Origin: Eledone cirrhosa
Taxonomy: Eukaryota
Assembly (NCBI GenBank): GCA_964016885.1
Contig: CAXHJY010000184.1
Span: 248,001 to 312,000 of the forward strand
Length of the DNA: 64,000 nucleotides
Reading direction: 5' to 3'
The position numbers and the translations under genes were made by a program. Shown one piece after another: positions 1 to 15,000 of this stretch (within the stretch, counting starts at the first letter, position 1; the number at the start of each line of letters is the position of its first letter). The notes beneath the pieces are model-generated. The model was not told the DNA's origin and did no database searches. It was given only the letters and a program-made list of their open reading frames with translations.

Positions 1-3000
1 TTCCCAGTCACTACAGGACTATAGTCTTTCCCAATCACTACAGGACTATAGTCTTTCCCAATCACTACAGGACTATAGTCTTTCCCAATCACTACAGGAC
101 TATAGTCTTTCCCAGTCACTACAGGACTATAGTCATTCCCAGTCACTACAGGACTATAGTCTTTCCCAGTCACTACAGGACTACATTCTTTCCCAGTCAC
201 TACAGGACTATAGTCTTTCCCAATCACTACAGGACTATAGTCTTTCCCAGTCACTACAGGACTATAGTCTTTCCCAGTCACTACAGGACTATAGTCTTTC
301 CCAATCACTACAGGACTATAGTCTTTCCCAGTCACTACAGGACTATAGTCTTTCCCAGTCACTACAGGACTATAGTCTTTCCCAGTCACTACAGGACTAT
401 AGTCTTTCCGAGTCACTACAGGACTATAGTCTTTCCCAGACACTACAGGACTATAGTCTTTCCCAGTCACTACAGGACTATAGTCTTTCCCAGTCACTAC
501 AGGACTATAGTCTTTCCCAGTCACTACAGGACTATAGTCCTTCCCAGTCGCTACAGGACTATAGTCTTTCCCAATCACTACAGGACTATAGTCTTTCCCA
601 GTCACTACAGGACTATAGTCTTTCCCAATCACTACAGGACTATAGTCTTTCCCAGTCACTACAGGACTACATTCTTTCCCGGTCACTACAGGACTATAGT
701 CCTTCCCAGTCACTACAGGACTATAGTCTTTCCCAATCACCACAGGACTATAGTCTTTCCCAGTCACTACAGGACTATAGTCTTTCCCAATCACTGCAGG
801 ACTATAGTATTTCCCAGTCACTACAGGACTATAGTCTTTCCCAGTCACTACAGGACTATAGTCTTTCCCAGTCACTACAGGACTATAGTCTTTCCCAGTC
901 ACTACAGGACTATAGTCTTTTCCAATCACTACAGGACTACATTCTTTCCCAGTCACTACAGGACTATAGTCTTTCCCAGTCACTACAGGACTATAGTCTT
1001 TCCCAGTCACTACAGGACTATAGTCTTTCCCAGTCACTACAGGACTATAGTCTTTTCCAATCACTACAGGACTACATTCTTTCCCAGTCACTACAGGACT
1101 ATAGTCTTTCCCAGTCACTACAGGACTATAGTCTTTCCCAGTCACTACAGGACTATAGTCTTTCCCAGTCACTACAGGACTATAGTTTTTCCCAGTCACT
1201 ACAGGACTATAGTCTTTCCCAATCACTACAGGACTATAGTCTTTCCCAATCACTACAGGACTATAGTCTTTCCCAATCACTACAAGACTATAGTCTTTCC
1301 CAGTCACTACAGGACTATAGTCTTTCCCAATCACTACAGGACTATAGTCTTTCCCAATCACTACAGGACTATAGTCTTTCCCAGTCACTACAGGACTATA
1401 GTCTTTCCCAGTCACTACAGGACTATAGTCTTTCCCAGTCACTACAGGACTATAGTCTTTCCCAGTCACTACAAGACTATAGTCTTTCCCAATCACTACA
1501 GGACTATAGTCTTTCCCAATCACTACAGGACTATAGTCTTTCCCAGTCACTACAGGACTATAGTCTTTCCCAGTCACTACAGGACTATAGTCTTTCCCAG
1601 TCACTACAGGACTATAGTCTTTCCCAATCACTACAGGACTATAGTCTTTCCCAGTCACTACAGGACTACATTCTTTCCCAGTCACTACAGGACTATAGTC
1701 TTTCCCAGTCACTACAGGACTATAGTCTTTCCCAGTCACTACAGGACTATAGACTTTCCCAATCACTACAAGACTATAGTCTTTCCCAGTCACTACAGGA
1801 CTATAGTCTTTCCCAGTCACTACAGGACTATAGTCTTTCCCAGTCACTACAGGACTATAGTCTTTCCCAGTCACTACAGGACTATAGTCTTTCCCAGTCA
1901 CTACAGGACTATAGTCTTTCCCAGTCACTACAGGACTATAGTCTTTCCCAGTCACTACAGGACTATAGTATTTCCCAGTCACTACAGGACTATAGTCTTT
2001 CCCAGTCACTACAGGACTATAGTCTTTCCCAGTCACTACAGGGCTATAGTCTTTCCCAGTCACTACAGGACTACAGTCTTTCCCAGTCACTACAGGACTA
2101 TAGTCTTTCCCAGTCACTACAGGACTATAGTCTTTCGCAGTCACTACAGGACTATAGTCTTTCCCAATCACTACAGGACTATAGTCTTTCCCAATCACTA
2201 CAGGACTATAGTCTTTCCCAGTCACTGCAGGATTATAGTCTTTCCCAATCACTACAGGACTATAGTCTTTCCCAATCACTACAGGACTATAGTCTTTCCC
2301 AGTCACTACAAGACTATAGTCTTTCCCAATCACTACAGGACTATAGTCTTTCCCAATCACTACAGGACTATAGTCTTTCCCAGTCACTACAGGACTATAG
2401 TCTTTCCCAGTCACTACAGGACTATAGTATTTCCCAGTCACTACAGGACTATAGTCTTTCCCAGTCACTACAGGACTATAGTCTTTCCCAGTCACTACAG
2501 GGCTATAGTCTTTCCCAGTCACTACATGACTACAGACTTTCCCAGTCACTACAGGACTATAGTCTTTCCCAGTCACTACAGGACTATAGTCTTTCCCAGT
2601 CACTACAGGACTATAGTCTTTCCCAATCACTACAGGACTATAGTCTTTCCCAGTCACTACAGGACTATAGTCTTTCCCAGTCACTACAAGACTATAGTCT
2701 TTCCCAGTCACTACAGGATTATAGTCTTTCCCAATCACTACAGGACTATAGTCTTTCCCAGTCACTACAGGACTATAGTCTTTCCCAGTCACTACAGGAC
2801 TATAGTCTTTCCCAATCACTACAGGACTATAGTCTTTCCCAGTCACTACAGGACTATAGTCTTTCCCAGTCACTACAGGACTATAGTCTTTCCCAGTCAC
2901 TACAGGACTATAGTCTTTCCCAGTCACTACAGGACTATAGTCTTTCCCAGTCACTACAGGACTATAGTCTTTCCGAATCACTACAGGACTATAGTCTTTC

Positions 3001-6000
3001 CCAGTCACTACAGGACTATAGTCTTTCCCAGTCACTACAAGACTATAGTCTTTCCCAGTCACTACAGGACTATAGTCTTTCCCAATCACTACAGGACTAT
3101 AGTCTTTCCCAGTCACTACAGGACTATAGTCTTTCCCAGTCACTACAGGACTATAGTCTTTCCCAGTCACTACAGGACTATAGTCTTTCCCAGTCACTAC
3201 AGGACTATAGTCTTTCCCAGTCACTACAGGACTATAGTCTTTCCCAGTCACTACAAGACTATAGTCTTTCCCAATCACTACAGGACTATAGTCTTTCCCA
3301 ATCACTACAGGACTATAGTCTTTCCCAATCACTACAGCACTATAGTCTTTCCCAGTCACTACAGGACTATAGTCTTTCCCAGTCACTACAGGACTATAGT
3401 CTTTCCCAGTCACTACAAGACTATAGTCTTTCCCAATCACTACAGGACTATAGTCTTTCCCAGTCACTACAGGACTATAGTCTTTCCCAGTCACTACAAG
3501 ACTATAGTCTTTCCCAATCACTACAGGACTATAGTCTTTCCCAATCACTACAGGACTATAGTCTTTCCCAGTCACTACAGGACTATAGTCTTTCCCAGTC
3601 ACTACAGGACTATAGTATTTCCCAGTCACTACAGGACTATAGTCTTTCCCAGTCACTACAGGACTATAGTCTTTCCCAGTCACTACAGGGCTATAGTCTT
3701 TCCCAGTCACTACATGACTACAGACTTTACCAGTCACTACAGGACTATAGTCTTTCCCAGTCACTACAGGACTATAGTCTTTCCCAGTCACTACAGGACT
3801 ATAGTCTTTCCCAATCACTACAGGACTATAGTCTTTCCCAGTCACTACAGGACTATAGTCTTTCCCAGTCACTACAAGACTATAGTCTTTCCCAGTCACT
3901 ACAGGATTATAGTCTTTCCCAATCACTACAGGACTATAGTCTTTCCCAGTCACTACAGGACTATAGTCTTTCCCAGTCACTACAGGACTATAGTCTTTCC
4001 CAATCACTACAGGACTATAGTCTTTCCCAATCACTACAGGACTATAGTCTTTCCCAGTCACTACAGGACTATAGTCTTTCCCAATCACTACAGGACTATA
4101 GTCTTTCCCAGTCACTACAGGACTATAGTCTTTCCCAATCACTACAGGACTATAGTCTTTCCCAGTCACTACAGGACTACATTCTTTCACAGTCACTACA
4201 GGACTATAGTCTTTCCCAGTCACTACAGGACTATAGACTTTCCCAATCACTACAAGACTATAGTCTTTCCCAGTCCCTACAGGACTATAGTATTTCCCAG
4301 TCACTACAGGACTATAGTCTTTCCCAGTCACTACAGGACTATAGTCTTTCCCAGTCACTACAGGACTATAGTCTTTCCCAGTCACTACAGGACTATAGTC
4401 TTTCCCAGTCACTACAGGACTATAGTCTTTCCCAGTCACTACAGGACTATAGTCTTTCCCAGTCACTACAAGACTATAGTCTTTCCCAATCACTACAGGA
4501 CTATAGTCTTTCCCAATCACTACAGGACTATAGTCTTTCCCAATCACTACAGGACTATAGTCTTTCCCAGTCACTACAGGACTATAGTCTTTCCCAGTCA
4601 CTACAGGACTATAGTCTTTCCCAGTCACTACAAGACTATAGTCTTTCCCAATCACTACAGGACTATAGTCTTTCCCAGTCACTACAGGACTATAGTCTTT
4701 CCCAATCACTACAGGACTATAGTCTTTCCCAGTCACTACAGGACTATAGACTTTCCCAATCACTACAAGACTATAGTCTTTCCCAGTCACTACAGGACTA
4801 TAGTTTTTCCCAGTCACTACAGGACTATAGTCTTTCCCAATCACTACAGGACTATAGTCTTTCCCAATCACTACAGGACTATAGTCTTTCCAAGTCACTA
4901 CAGGACTATAGTCTTTCCCAGTCACTACAGGACTATAGTCTTTCCCAGTCACTACAGGACTATAGTCTTTCCCAATCACTACAGGACTATAGTCTTTCCC
5001 AGTCACTACAGGACTATTGTCTTTCCCAGTCACTACAGGACTATAGTCTTTCCCAGTCACTACAGGACTATAGTCTTTCCCAGTCACTACAGGACTATAG
5101 TCTTTCCCAGTCACTACAGGACTATAGTCTTTCCCAATCACTACAGGACTATAGTCTTTCTCAGTCACTACAGGACTATAGTTTTTCCCAGTCACTACAG
5201 GACTATAGTCTTTCCCAGTCACTACAGGACTATAGTCCTTCCCAGTCACTACAGGACTATAATCTTTCCCAATCACTACAGGACTATAGTCTTTCCCAGT
5301 CACTACAGGACTATAGTCTTTCCCAGTCACTACAGGACTATAGTCTTTCCCAGTCACTACAGGACTATAGTCTTTCCCAATCACTACAAGACTATAGTCT
5401 TTCCGAGTCACTACAGGACTATAGTCTTTCCCAATCACTACAAGACGATAGTCTTTCCCAGTCACTACAGGACTATAGTCTTTACCAGTCACTACAAGAC
5501 GATAGTCTCTCCCAATCACTACAGGACTATAGTCTTTCCCAGTCACTACAGGACTATAGTCTCTCCCAGTCACTACAGGACTATAGTCTTTCCCAGTCAC
5601 TACAGGACTATAGTCTTTCCCAATCACTACAGGACTATAGTCTTTCCCAATCACTACAGGACTATAGTCTTTCCCAGTCACTACAGGACTATAGTCTTTC
5701 CCAATCACTACAGGACTATAGTCTTTCCCAGTCACTACAGGACTATAGTTTTTCCCAATCACTACAGGACTATAGTCTTTCCCAGTCACTACAGGACTAT
5801 AGTCTTTCCCAATCACCACAGGACTATAGTCTTTCCCAATCACTACAAGACTGTAGTCTTTCCCAGTCACTACAGGACTATAGTCTTTCCCAATCACTAC
5901 AGGACTATAGTCTTTCCCAGTCACTACAGGACTATAGTCTTTCCCAGTCACTTCAGGACTATAGTCTTTCCCAGTCACTACAGGACTATAGTCTTTCCCA

Positions 6001-9000
6001 ATCACTACAGGACTATAGTCTTTCCCAGTCACTACAGGACTATAGTCTTTCCCAGTCACTACAGGACTATAGTTTTTCCCAGTCACTACAGGACTATAGT
6101 CTTTCCCAATCACTACAGGACTATAGTCTTTCCCAATCACTACAGGACTATAGTCTTTCCCAATCACTACAAGACTATAGTCTTTCCCAGTCACTACAGG
6201 ACTATAGTCTTTCCCAATCACTACAGGACTATAGTCTTTCCCAGTCACTACAGGACTATAGTCTTTCCCAGTCACTACGGGACTATAGTCTTTCCCAGTC
6301 ACTACAGGACTACATTCTTTCCCAGTCACTACAGGACTATAGTCTTTCCCAATCACTACAGGACTATAGTCTTTCCCAGTCACTACAGGACTATAGTCTT
6401 TCCCAGTCACTACAGGACTATAGTCTTTCCCAATCACTACAGGAGTATAGTCTTTCCCAGTCACTACAGGACTATTGTCTTTCCCAGTCACTACAGGACT
6501 ATAGTCTTTCCCAGTCACTACAGGACTATAGTCTTTCCCAGTCACTACAGGACTATAGTCTTTCCCAGTCACTACAGGACTATAGTCTTTCTCAGTCACT
6601 ACAGGACTATAGTCTTTCCCAGTCACTACAGGACTATAGTCCTTCCCAGTCACTACAGGACTATAGTCTTTCCCAATCACTACAGGACTATAGTCTTTCC
6701 CAGTCACTACAGGACTATAGTCTTTCCCAGTCACTACAGGACTATAGTCTTTCCCAGTCACTACAGGACTATAGTCTTTCCTAATCACTACAAGACTATA
6801 GTCTTTCCCAGTCACTACAGGACTATAGTCTTTCCCAGTCACTACAAGACTATAGTCTTTCCCAATCACTACAGGACTATAGTCTTTCCCAGTCACTACA
6901 GGACTATAGTCTCTCCCAGTCACTACAGGACTATAGTCTTTCCCAGTCACTACAGGACTATAGTCTTTCCCAATCACTACAGGACTATAGTCTTTCCCAA
7001 TCACTACAGGACTATAGTCTTTCCCAGTCACTACAGGACTATAGTCTTTCCCAATCACTACAGGACTATAGTCTTTCCCAGTCACTACAGGACTATAGTC
7101 TTTCCCAATCACTACAGGACTATAGTCTTTCCCAGTCACTACAGGACTATAGTCTTTCCCAATCACCACAGGACTATAGTCTTTCCCAATCACTACAAGA
7201 CTGTAGTCTTTCCCAGTCACTACAGGACTATAGTCTTTCCCAATCACTACAGGACTATAGTCTTTCCCAGTCACTACAGGACTATAGTCTCTCCCAGTCA
7301 CTACAGGACTATAGTCTTTCCCAGTCACTACAGGACTATAGTCTTTCCCAGTCACTACAGGACTATAGTCTTTCCCAGTCACTACAGGACTATAGTCTTT
7401 CCCAATCACTACAGGACTATAGTCTTTCCCAATCACCACAGGACTATAGTCTTTCCCAATCACTACAGGACTATAGTCTTTCCCGGTCACTACAGGACTA
7501 TAGTCTTTCCCAGTCACTACAGGACTATAGTCTTTCCCAGTCACTACAGGACTATAGTCTTTCGCAGTCACTACAGGACTATAGTATTTCCCAGTCACTA
7601 CAGGACTATAGTCTTTCCCAGTCACTACAGGACTATAGTCTTTCCCAGTCACTACAGAGCTATAGTCTTTCCCAGTCACTACAGGACTACAGTCTTTCCC
7701 AGTCACTACAGGACTATAGTCTTTCCCAGTCACTACAGGACTATAGTCTTTCCCAATCACTACAGGACTACATTCTTTCCCAGTCACTACTGGACTATAG
7801 TCTTTCCCAGTCACTACAAGACTATAGTCTTTCCCAGTCAGTCACTACAGGACTATAGTCTTTCCCAGTCACTACAGGACTATAGTCTTTCCCAGTCACT
7901 ACAGGACTATAGTCTTTCCCAGTCACTACAGGACTATAGTCTTTCCCAATCACTACAGGACTATAGTCTTTCCCAGTCACTACAGGACTATAGTCTTTCC
8001 CAGTCACTACAGGACTATAGTCTTTCCCAGTCACTACAGGACTATAGTCTTTCCCAATCACTACAAGACTATAGTCTTTCCCAGTCACTACAGGACTATA
8101 GTCTTTCCCAGTCACTACAAGACTATAGTCTTTCCCATTCACTACAGGACTATAGTCTTTCCCAGTCACTACAGGACTATAGTCTCTCCCAGTCACTACA
8201 GGACTATAGTCTTTCCCAGTCACTACAGGACTATAGTCTTTCCCAATCACTACAGGACTATAGTCTTTCCCAATCACTACAGGACTATAGTCTTTCCCAG
8301 TCACTACAGGACTATAGTCTTTCCCAATCACTACAGGACTATAGTCTTTCCCAGTCACTACAGGACTATAGTCTTTCCCAATCACTACAGGACTATAGTC
8401 TTTCCCAGTCACTACAGGACTATAGTCTTTCCCAATCACCACAGGACTATAGTCTTTCCCAATCACTACAAGACTGTAGTCTTTCCCAGTCACTACAGGA
8501 CTATAGTCTTTCCCAATCACTACAGGACTATAGTCTTTCCCAGTCACTACAGGACTATAGTCTCTCCCAGTCACTACAGGACTATAGTCTTTCCCAGTCA
8601 CTACAGGACTATAGTCTTTCCCAGTCACTACAGGACTATAGTCTTTCCCAGTCACTACAGGACTATAGTCTTTCCCAATCACTACAGGACTATAGTCTTT
8701 CCCAATCACCACAGGACTATAGTCTTTCCCAATCACTACAGGACTATAGTCTTTCCCAGTCACTACAGGACTATAGTCTTTCCCAGTCACTACAGGACTA
8801 TAGTCTTTCCCAGTCACTACAGGACTATAGTCTTTCGCAGTCACTACAGGACTATAGTATTTCCCAGTCACTACAGGACAATAGTCTTTCCCAGTCACTA
8901 CAGGACTATAGTCTTTCCCAGTCACTACAGAGCTATAGTCTTTCCCAGTCACTACAGGACTACAGTCTTTCCCAGTCACTACAGGACTATAGTCTTTCCC

Positions 9001-12000
9001 AGTCACTACAGGACTATAGTCTTTCCCAATCACTACAGGACTACATTCTTTCCCAGTCACTACAGGACTATAGTCTTTCCCAGTCACTACAGGACTATAG
9101 TCTTTCCCAGTCACTACAGGACTATAGTCTTTCCCAATCACTACAGGACTATAGTCTTTCCCAGTCACTACAAGACTATAGTCTTTCCCAGTCACTACAA
9201 GACTATAGTCTTTCCCAGTCAGTCACTACAGGACTATAGTCTTTCCCAGTCACTACAGGACTATAGTCTTTGCCAGTCACTACAGGACTATAGTCTTTCC
9301 CAGTCACTACAGGACTATAGTCTTTCCCAGTCACTACAGGACTATAGTCTTTCCCAGTCACTACAGGACTATAGTCTTTCCCAATCACTACAGGACTACA
9401 TTCTTTCCCAGTCACTACAGGACTATAGTCTTTCCCAGTCACTACAGGACTATAGTCTTTCCCAGTCACTACAGGACTATAGTCTTTCCCAGTCACTACA
9501 GGACTATAGTTTTTCCCAGTCACTACAGGACTATAGTCTTTCCCAATCACTACAGGACTATAGTCTTTCCCAATCACTACAGGACTATAGTCTTTCCCAA
9601 TCACTACAAGACTATAGTCTTTCCCAGTCACTACAGGACTATAGTCTTTCCCAATCACTACAGGACTATAGTCTTTCCCAGTCACTACAGGACTATAGTC
9701 TTTCCCAGTCACTACAGGACTATAGTCTTTCCCAGTCACTACAGGACTACATTCTTTCCCAGTCACTACAGGACTATAGTCTTTCCCAATCACTACAGGA
9801 CTATAGTCTTTCCCAGTCACTACAGGACTATAGTCTTTCCCAGTCACTACAGGACTATAGTCTTTCCCAGTCACTACAGGACTATAGTCTTTCCCAGTCA
9901 CTACAGGACTATAGTCTTTCCCAGTCACTACAGGACTATAGTCTTTCCCAGTCACTACAGGACTATAGTCTTTCCCAGTCACTACAGGACTATAGTCTTT
10001 CCCAGTCACTACAGGACTATAGTCTTTCCCAGTCACTACAGGACTATAGTCTTTCCCAGTCACTACAGGACTATAGTCTTTCCCAATCACTACAGGACTA
10101 TAGTCTTTCCCAATCACCACAGGACTATAGTTTTTCCCAATCACTACAGGACTATAGTCTTTCCCAATCACTACAGGACTATAGTCTTTCCCAGTCACTA
10201 CAGGACTATAGTCTTTCCCAATCACCACAGGACTATAGTCTTTCCCAATCACTACAAGACTGTAGTCTTTCCCAGTCACTACAGGACTATAGTCTTTCCC
10301 AGTCACTACAGGACTATAGTCTTTCCCAGTCACTACAGGACTATAGTCTTTCCCAGTCACTACAGGACTATAGTATTTCCCAGTCACTACAGGACTATAG
10401 TCTTTCCCAGTCACTACAGGACTATAGTCTTTCCCAGTCACTACAGAGCTATAGTCTTTCCCAGTCACTACAGGACTACAGTCTTTCCCAGTCACTACAG
10501 GACTATAGTCTTTCCCAGTCACTACAGGACTATAGTCTTTCCCAATCACTACAGGACTACATTCTTTCCCAGTCACTACAGGAATATAGTCTTTCCCAGT
10601 CACTACAGGACTATAGTCTTTCCCAGTCACTACAGGACTATAGTCTTTCCCAATCACTACAGGACTATAGTCTTTCCCAGTCACTACAAGACTATAGTCT
10701 TTCCCAGTCACTACAAGACTATAGTCTTTCCCAGTCAGTCACTACAGGACTATAGTCTTTCCCAGTCACTACAGGACTATAGTCATTCCCAGTCACTACA
10801 GGACTATAGTCTTTCCCAGTCACTACAGGACTATAGTCTTTCCCAGTCACTACAGGACTATAGTCTTTCCCAGTCACTACAGGACTATAGTCTTTCCCAG
10901 TCACCACAGGACTATAGTCCTTCCCAGTCACTACAGGACTATAGTCTTTCCCAATCACTACAGGACTATAGTCTTTCCCAGTCACTACAGGACTATAGTC
11001 TTTCCCAGTCACTACAGGACTATAGTCTTTCCCAGTCACTACAGGACTATAGTCTCTCCCAGTCACTACAGGACTATAGTCTTTGCCAGTCACTACAGGA
11101 CTATAGTCTTTCCCAATCACTACAGGACTATAGTCTTTCCCAATCACTACAGGACTATAGTCTTTCCCAGTCACTACAGGACTATAGTCTTTCCCAATCA
11201 CTACAGGACTATAGTCTTTCCCAGTCACTACAGGACTATAGTCTTTCCCAATCACCACAGGACTATAGTCTTTCCCAATCACTACAGGACTATAGTCTTT
11301 CCCAGTCACTACAGGACTATAGTCTTTTCCAGTCACTACAGGACTATAGTCTTTCCCAATCACTACAGGACTATAGTCTTTCCCAGTCACTACAGTACTA
11401 TAGTCTTTCCCAATCACTACAGGACTATAGTCTTTCCCAATCACTACAGGACTATAGTCTTTCCCAATCACTACAGGACTATAGTCTTTCCCAGACACTA
11501 CAGGACTATAGTCTTTCCCAATCCCTACAGGACTATAGTCTTTCCCAGTCACTACAGGACTATAGTCTTTCCCAATCACTACAGGACTATAGTCTTTCCC
11601 AGTCACTACAGGACTATAGTCTTTCCCAATCACCACAGGACTATAGTCTTTCCCAATCACTACAGGACTATAGTCTTTCCCAGTCACTACAGGACTATAG
11701 TCTTTCCCAGTCACTACAGGACTATAGTCTTTCCCAATCACTACAGGACTATAGTCTTTCCCAGTCACTACAAGACCATAGTCTTTCCCAGTCACTACAA
11801 GACTATAGTCTTTCCCAGTCAGTCACTACAGGACTATAGTCTTTCCCAGTCACTACAGGACTATAGTCTTTCCCAATCACTACAGGACTATAGTCTTTCC
11901 CAGTCACTACAGGACTATAGTCTTTCCCAGTCACTACAGGACTATAGTCTTTCCCAATCACTACAGGACTATAGTCTTTCCCAGTCAGTCACTACAGGAC

Positions 12001-15000
12001 TATAGTCTTTCCCAGTCACTACAGGACTATAGTCTTTCCCAGTCACTACAGGACTATAGTCTTTCCCAGTCACTACAGGACTATAGTCTTTCCCAGTCAC
12101 TACAGGACTATAGTCTTTCCCAGTCACTACAGGACTATAGTCTTTCCCAATCACTACAGGACTACATTCTTTCCCAGTCACTACAGGACTATAGTCTTTC
12201 CCAGTCACTACAGGACTATAGTCTTTCCCAGTCACTACAGGACTATAGTCTTTCCCAGTCACTACAGGACTATAGTTTTTCCCAGTCACTACAGGACTAT
12301 AGTCTTTCCCAATCACTACAGGACTATAGTCTTTCCCAATCACTACAGGACTATAGTCTTTCCCAATCACTACAAGACTATAGTCTTTCCCAGTCACTAC
12401 AGGACTATAGTCTTTCCCAATCACTACAGGACTATAGTCTTTCCCAGTCACTACAGGACTATAGTCTTTCCCAGTCACTACAGGACTATAGTCTTTCCCA
12501 ATCACTACAGGACTATAGTCTTTCCCAATCACTACAAGACTATAGTCTTTCCCAGTCACTACAGGACTATAGTCTTTCCCAATCACTACAGGACTATAGT
12601 CTTTCCCAGTCACTACAGGACTATAGTCTTTCCCAGTCACTACAGGACTATAGTCTTTCCCAGTCACTACAGGACTACATTCTTTCCCAGTCACTACAGG
12701 ACTATAGTCTTTCCCAATCACTACAGGACTATAGTCTTTCCCAGTCACTACAGGACTATAGTCTTTCCCAGTCACTACAGGACTATAGTCTTTCCCAGTC
12801 ACTACAGGACTATAGTCTTTCCCAGTCACTACAGGACTATAGTCTTTCCCAGTCACTACAGGACTATAGTCTTTCCCAGTCACTACAGGACTATAGTCTT
12901 TCCCAGTCACTACAGGACTATAGTCTTTCCCAGTCACTACAGGACTATAGTCTTTCCCAATCACCACAGGACTATAGTCTTTCCCAATCACTACAAGACT
13001 GTAGTCTTTCCCAGTCACTACAGGACTATAGTCTTTCCCAGTCACTACAGGACTATAGTCTTTCCCAGTCACTACAGGACTATAGTCTTTCCCAGTCACT
13101 ACAGGACTATAGTATTTCCCAGTCACTACAGGACTATAGTCTTTCCCAGTCACTACAGGACTATAGTCTTTCCCAGTCACTACAGAGCTATAGTCTTTCC
13201 CAGTCACTACAGGACTACAGTCTTTCCCAGTCACTACAGGACTATAGTCTTTCCCAGTCACTACAGGACTATAGTCTTTCCCAATCACTACAGGACTACA
13301 TTCTTTCCCAGTCACTACAGGAATATAGTCTTTCCCAGTCACTACAGGACTATAGTCTTTCCCAGTCACTACAGGACTATAGTCTTTCCCAATCACTACA
13401 GGACTATAGTCTTTCCCAGTCACTACAAGACTATAGTCTTTCCCAGTCACTACAAGACTATAGTCTTTCCCAGTCAGTCACTACAGGACTATAGTCTTTC
13501 CCAGTCACTACAGGACTATAGTCTTTCCCAGTCACTACAGGACTATAGTCTTTCCCAGTCACTACAGGACTATAGTCTTTCCCAGTCACTACAGGACTAT
13601 AGTCTTTCCCAGTCACTACAGGACTATAGTCTTTCCCAGTCACTACAGGACTATAGTCCTTCCCAGTCACTACAGGACTATAGTCTTTCCCAATCACTAC
13701 AGGACTATAGTCTTTCCCAGTCACTACAGGACTATAGTCTTTCCCAGTCACTACAGGACTATAGTCTTTCCCAGTCACTACAGGACTATAGTCTCTCCCA
13801 GTCACTACAGGACTATAGTCTTTGCCAGTCACTACCGGACTATAGTCTTTCCCAATCACTACAGGACTATAGTCTTTCCCAATCACTACAGGACTATAGT
13901 CTTTCCCAGTCACTACAGGACTATAGTCTTTCCCAATCACTACAGGACTATAGTCTTTCCCAGTCACTACAGGACTATAGTCTTTCCCAATCACCACAGG
14001 ACTATAGTCTTTCCCAATCACTACAGGACTATAGTCTTTCCCAGTCACTACAGGACTATAGTCTTTCCCAGTCACTACAGGACTATAGTCTTTCCCAGTC
14101 ACTACAGGACTATAGTCTTTCCCAGTCACTACAGGACTATAGTCTTTCCCAGTCACTACAGGACTATAGTCTTTCCCAGTCACCACAGGACCATAGTCTT
14201 TCCCAGTCACTACAGTACTATAGTCTTTCCCAATCACTACAGGACTATAGTCTTTCCCAATCACTACAGGACTATAGTCTTTCCCAATCACTACAGGACT
14301 ATAGTCTTTCCCAGACACTACAGGACTATAGTCTTTCCCAATCCCTACAGGACTATAGTCTTTCCCAGTCACTACAGGACTATAGTCTTTCCCAATCACT
14401 ACAGGACTATAGTCTTTCCCAGTCACTACAGGACTATAGTCTTTCCCAATCACCACAGGACTATAGTCTTTCCCAATCACTACAGGACTATAGTCTTTCC
14501 CAGTCACTACAGGACTATAGTCTTTCCCAGTAACTACAGGACTATAGTCTTTCCCAATCACTACAGGACTATAGTCTTTCCCAGTCACTACAAGACCATA
14601 GTCTTTCCCAGTCACTACAAGACTATAGTCTTTCCCAGTCAGTCACTACAGGACTATAGTCTTTCCCAGTCACTACAGGACTATAGTCTTTCCCAATCAC
14701 TACAGGACTATAGTCTTTCCCAGTCACTACAGGACTATAGTCTTTCCCAATCACTACAGGACTATAGTCTTTCCCAGTCACTACAGGACTATAGTCTTTC
14801 CCAGTCACTACAGGACTATAGTCTTTCCCAATCACTACAGGACTATAGTCTTTCCCAGTCAGTCACTACAGGACTATAGTCTTTCCCAGTCACTACAGGA
14901 CTATAGTCTTTCCCAGTCACTACAGGACTATAGTCTTTCCCAGTCACTACAGGACTATAGTCTTTCCCAGTCACTACAGGACTGTAGTCTTTCCCAGTCA

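Noticed and set aside
2526-9239. 2237-aa ORF of (SHYRTIVFP)n/(SQSLQDYSL)n and the many minus-strand (TGKDYSPVV)n ORFs, including 62642-64000
   Set aside because: A 27-bp unit (multiple of 3) lacking stops in several frames gives long ORFs automatically. Only one position per unit can mutate to a stop in the + frame, and 4-bp insertions shift frames freely.
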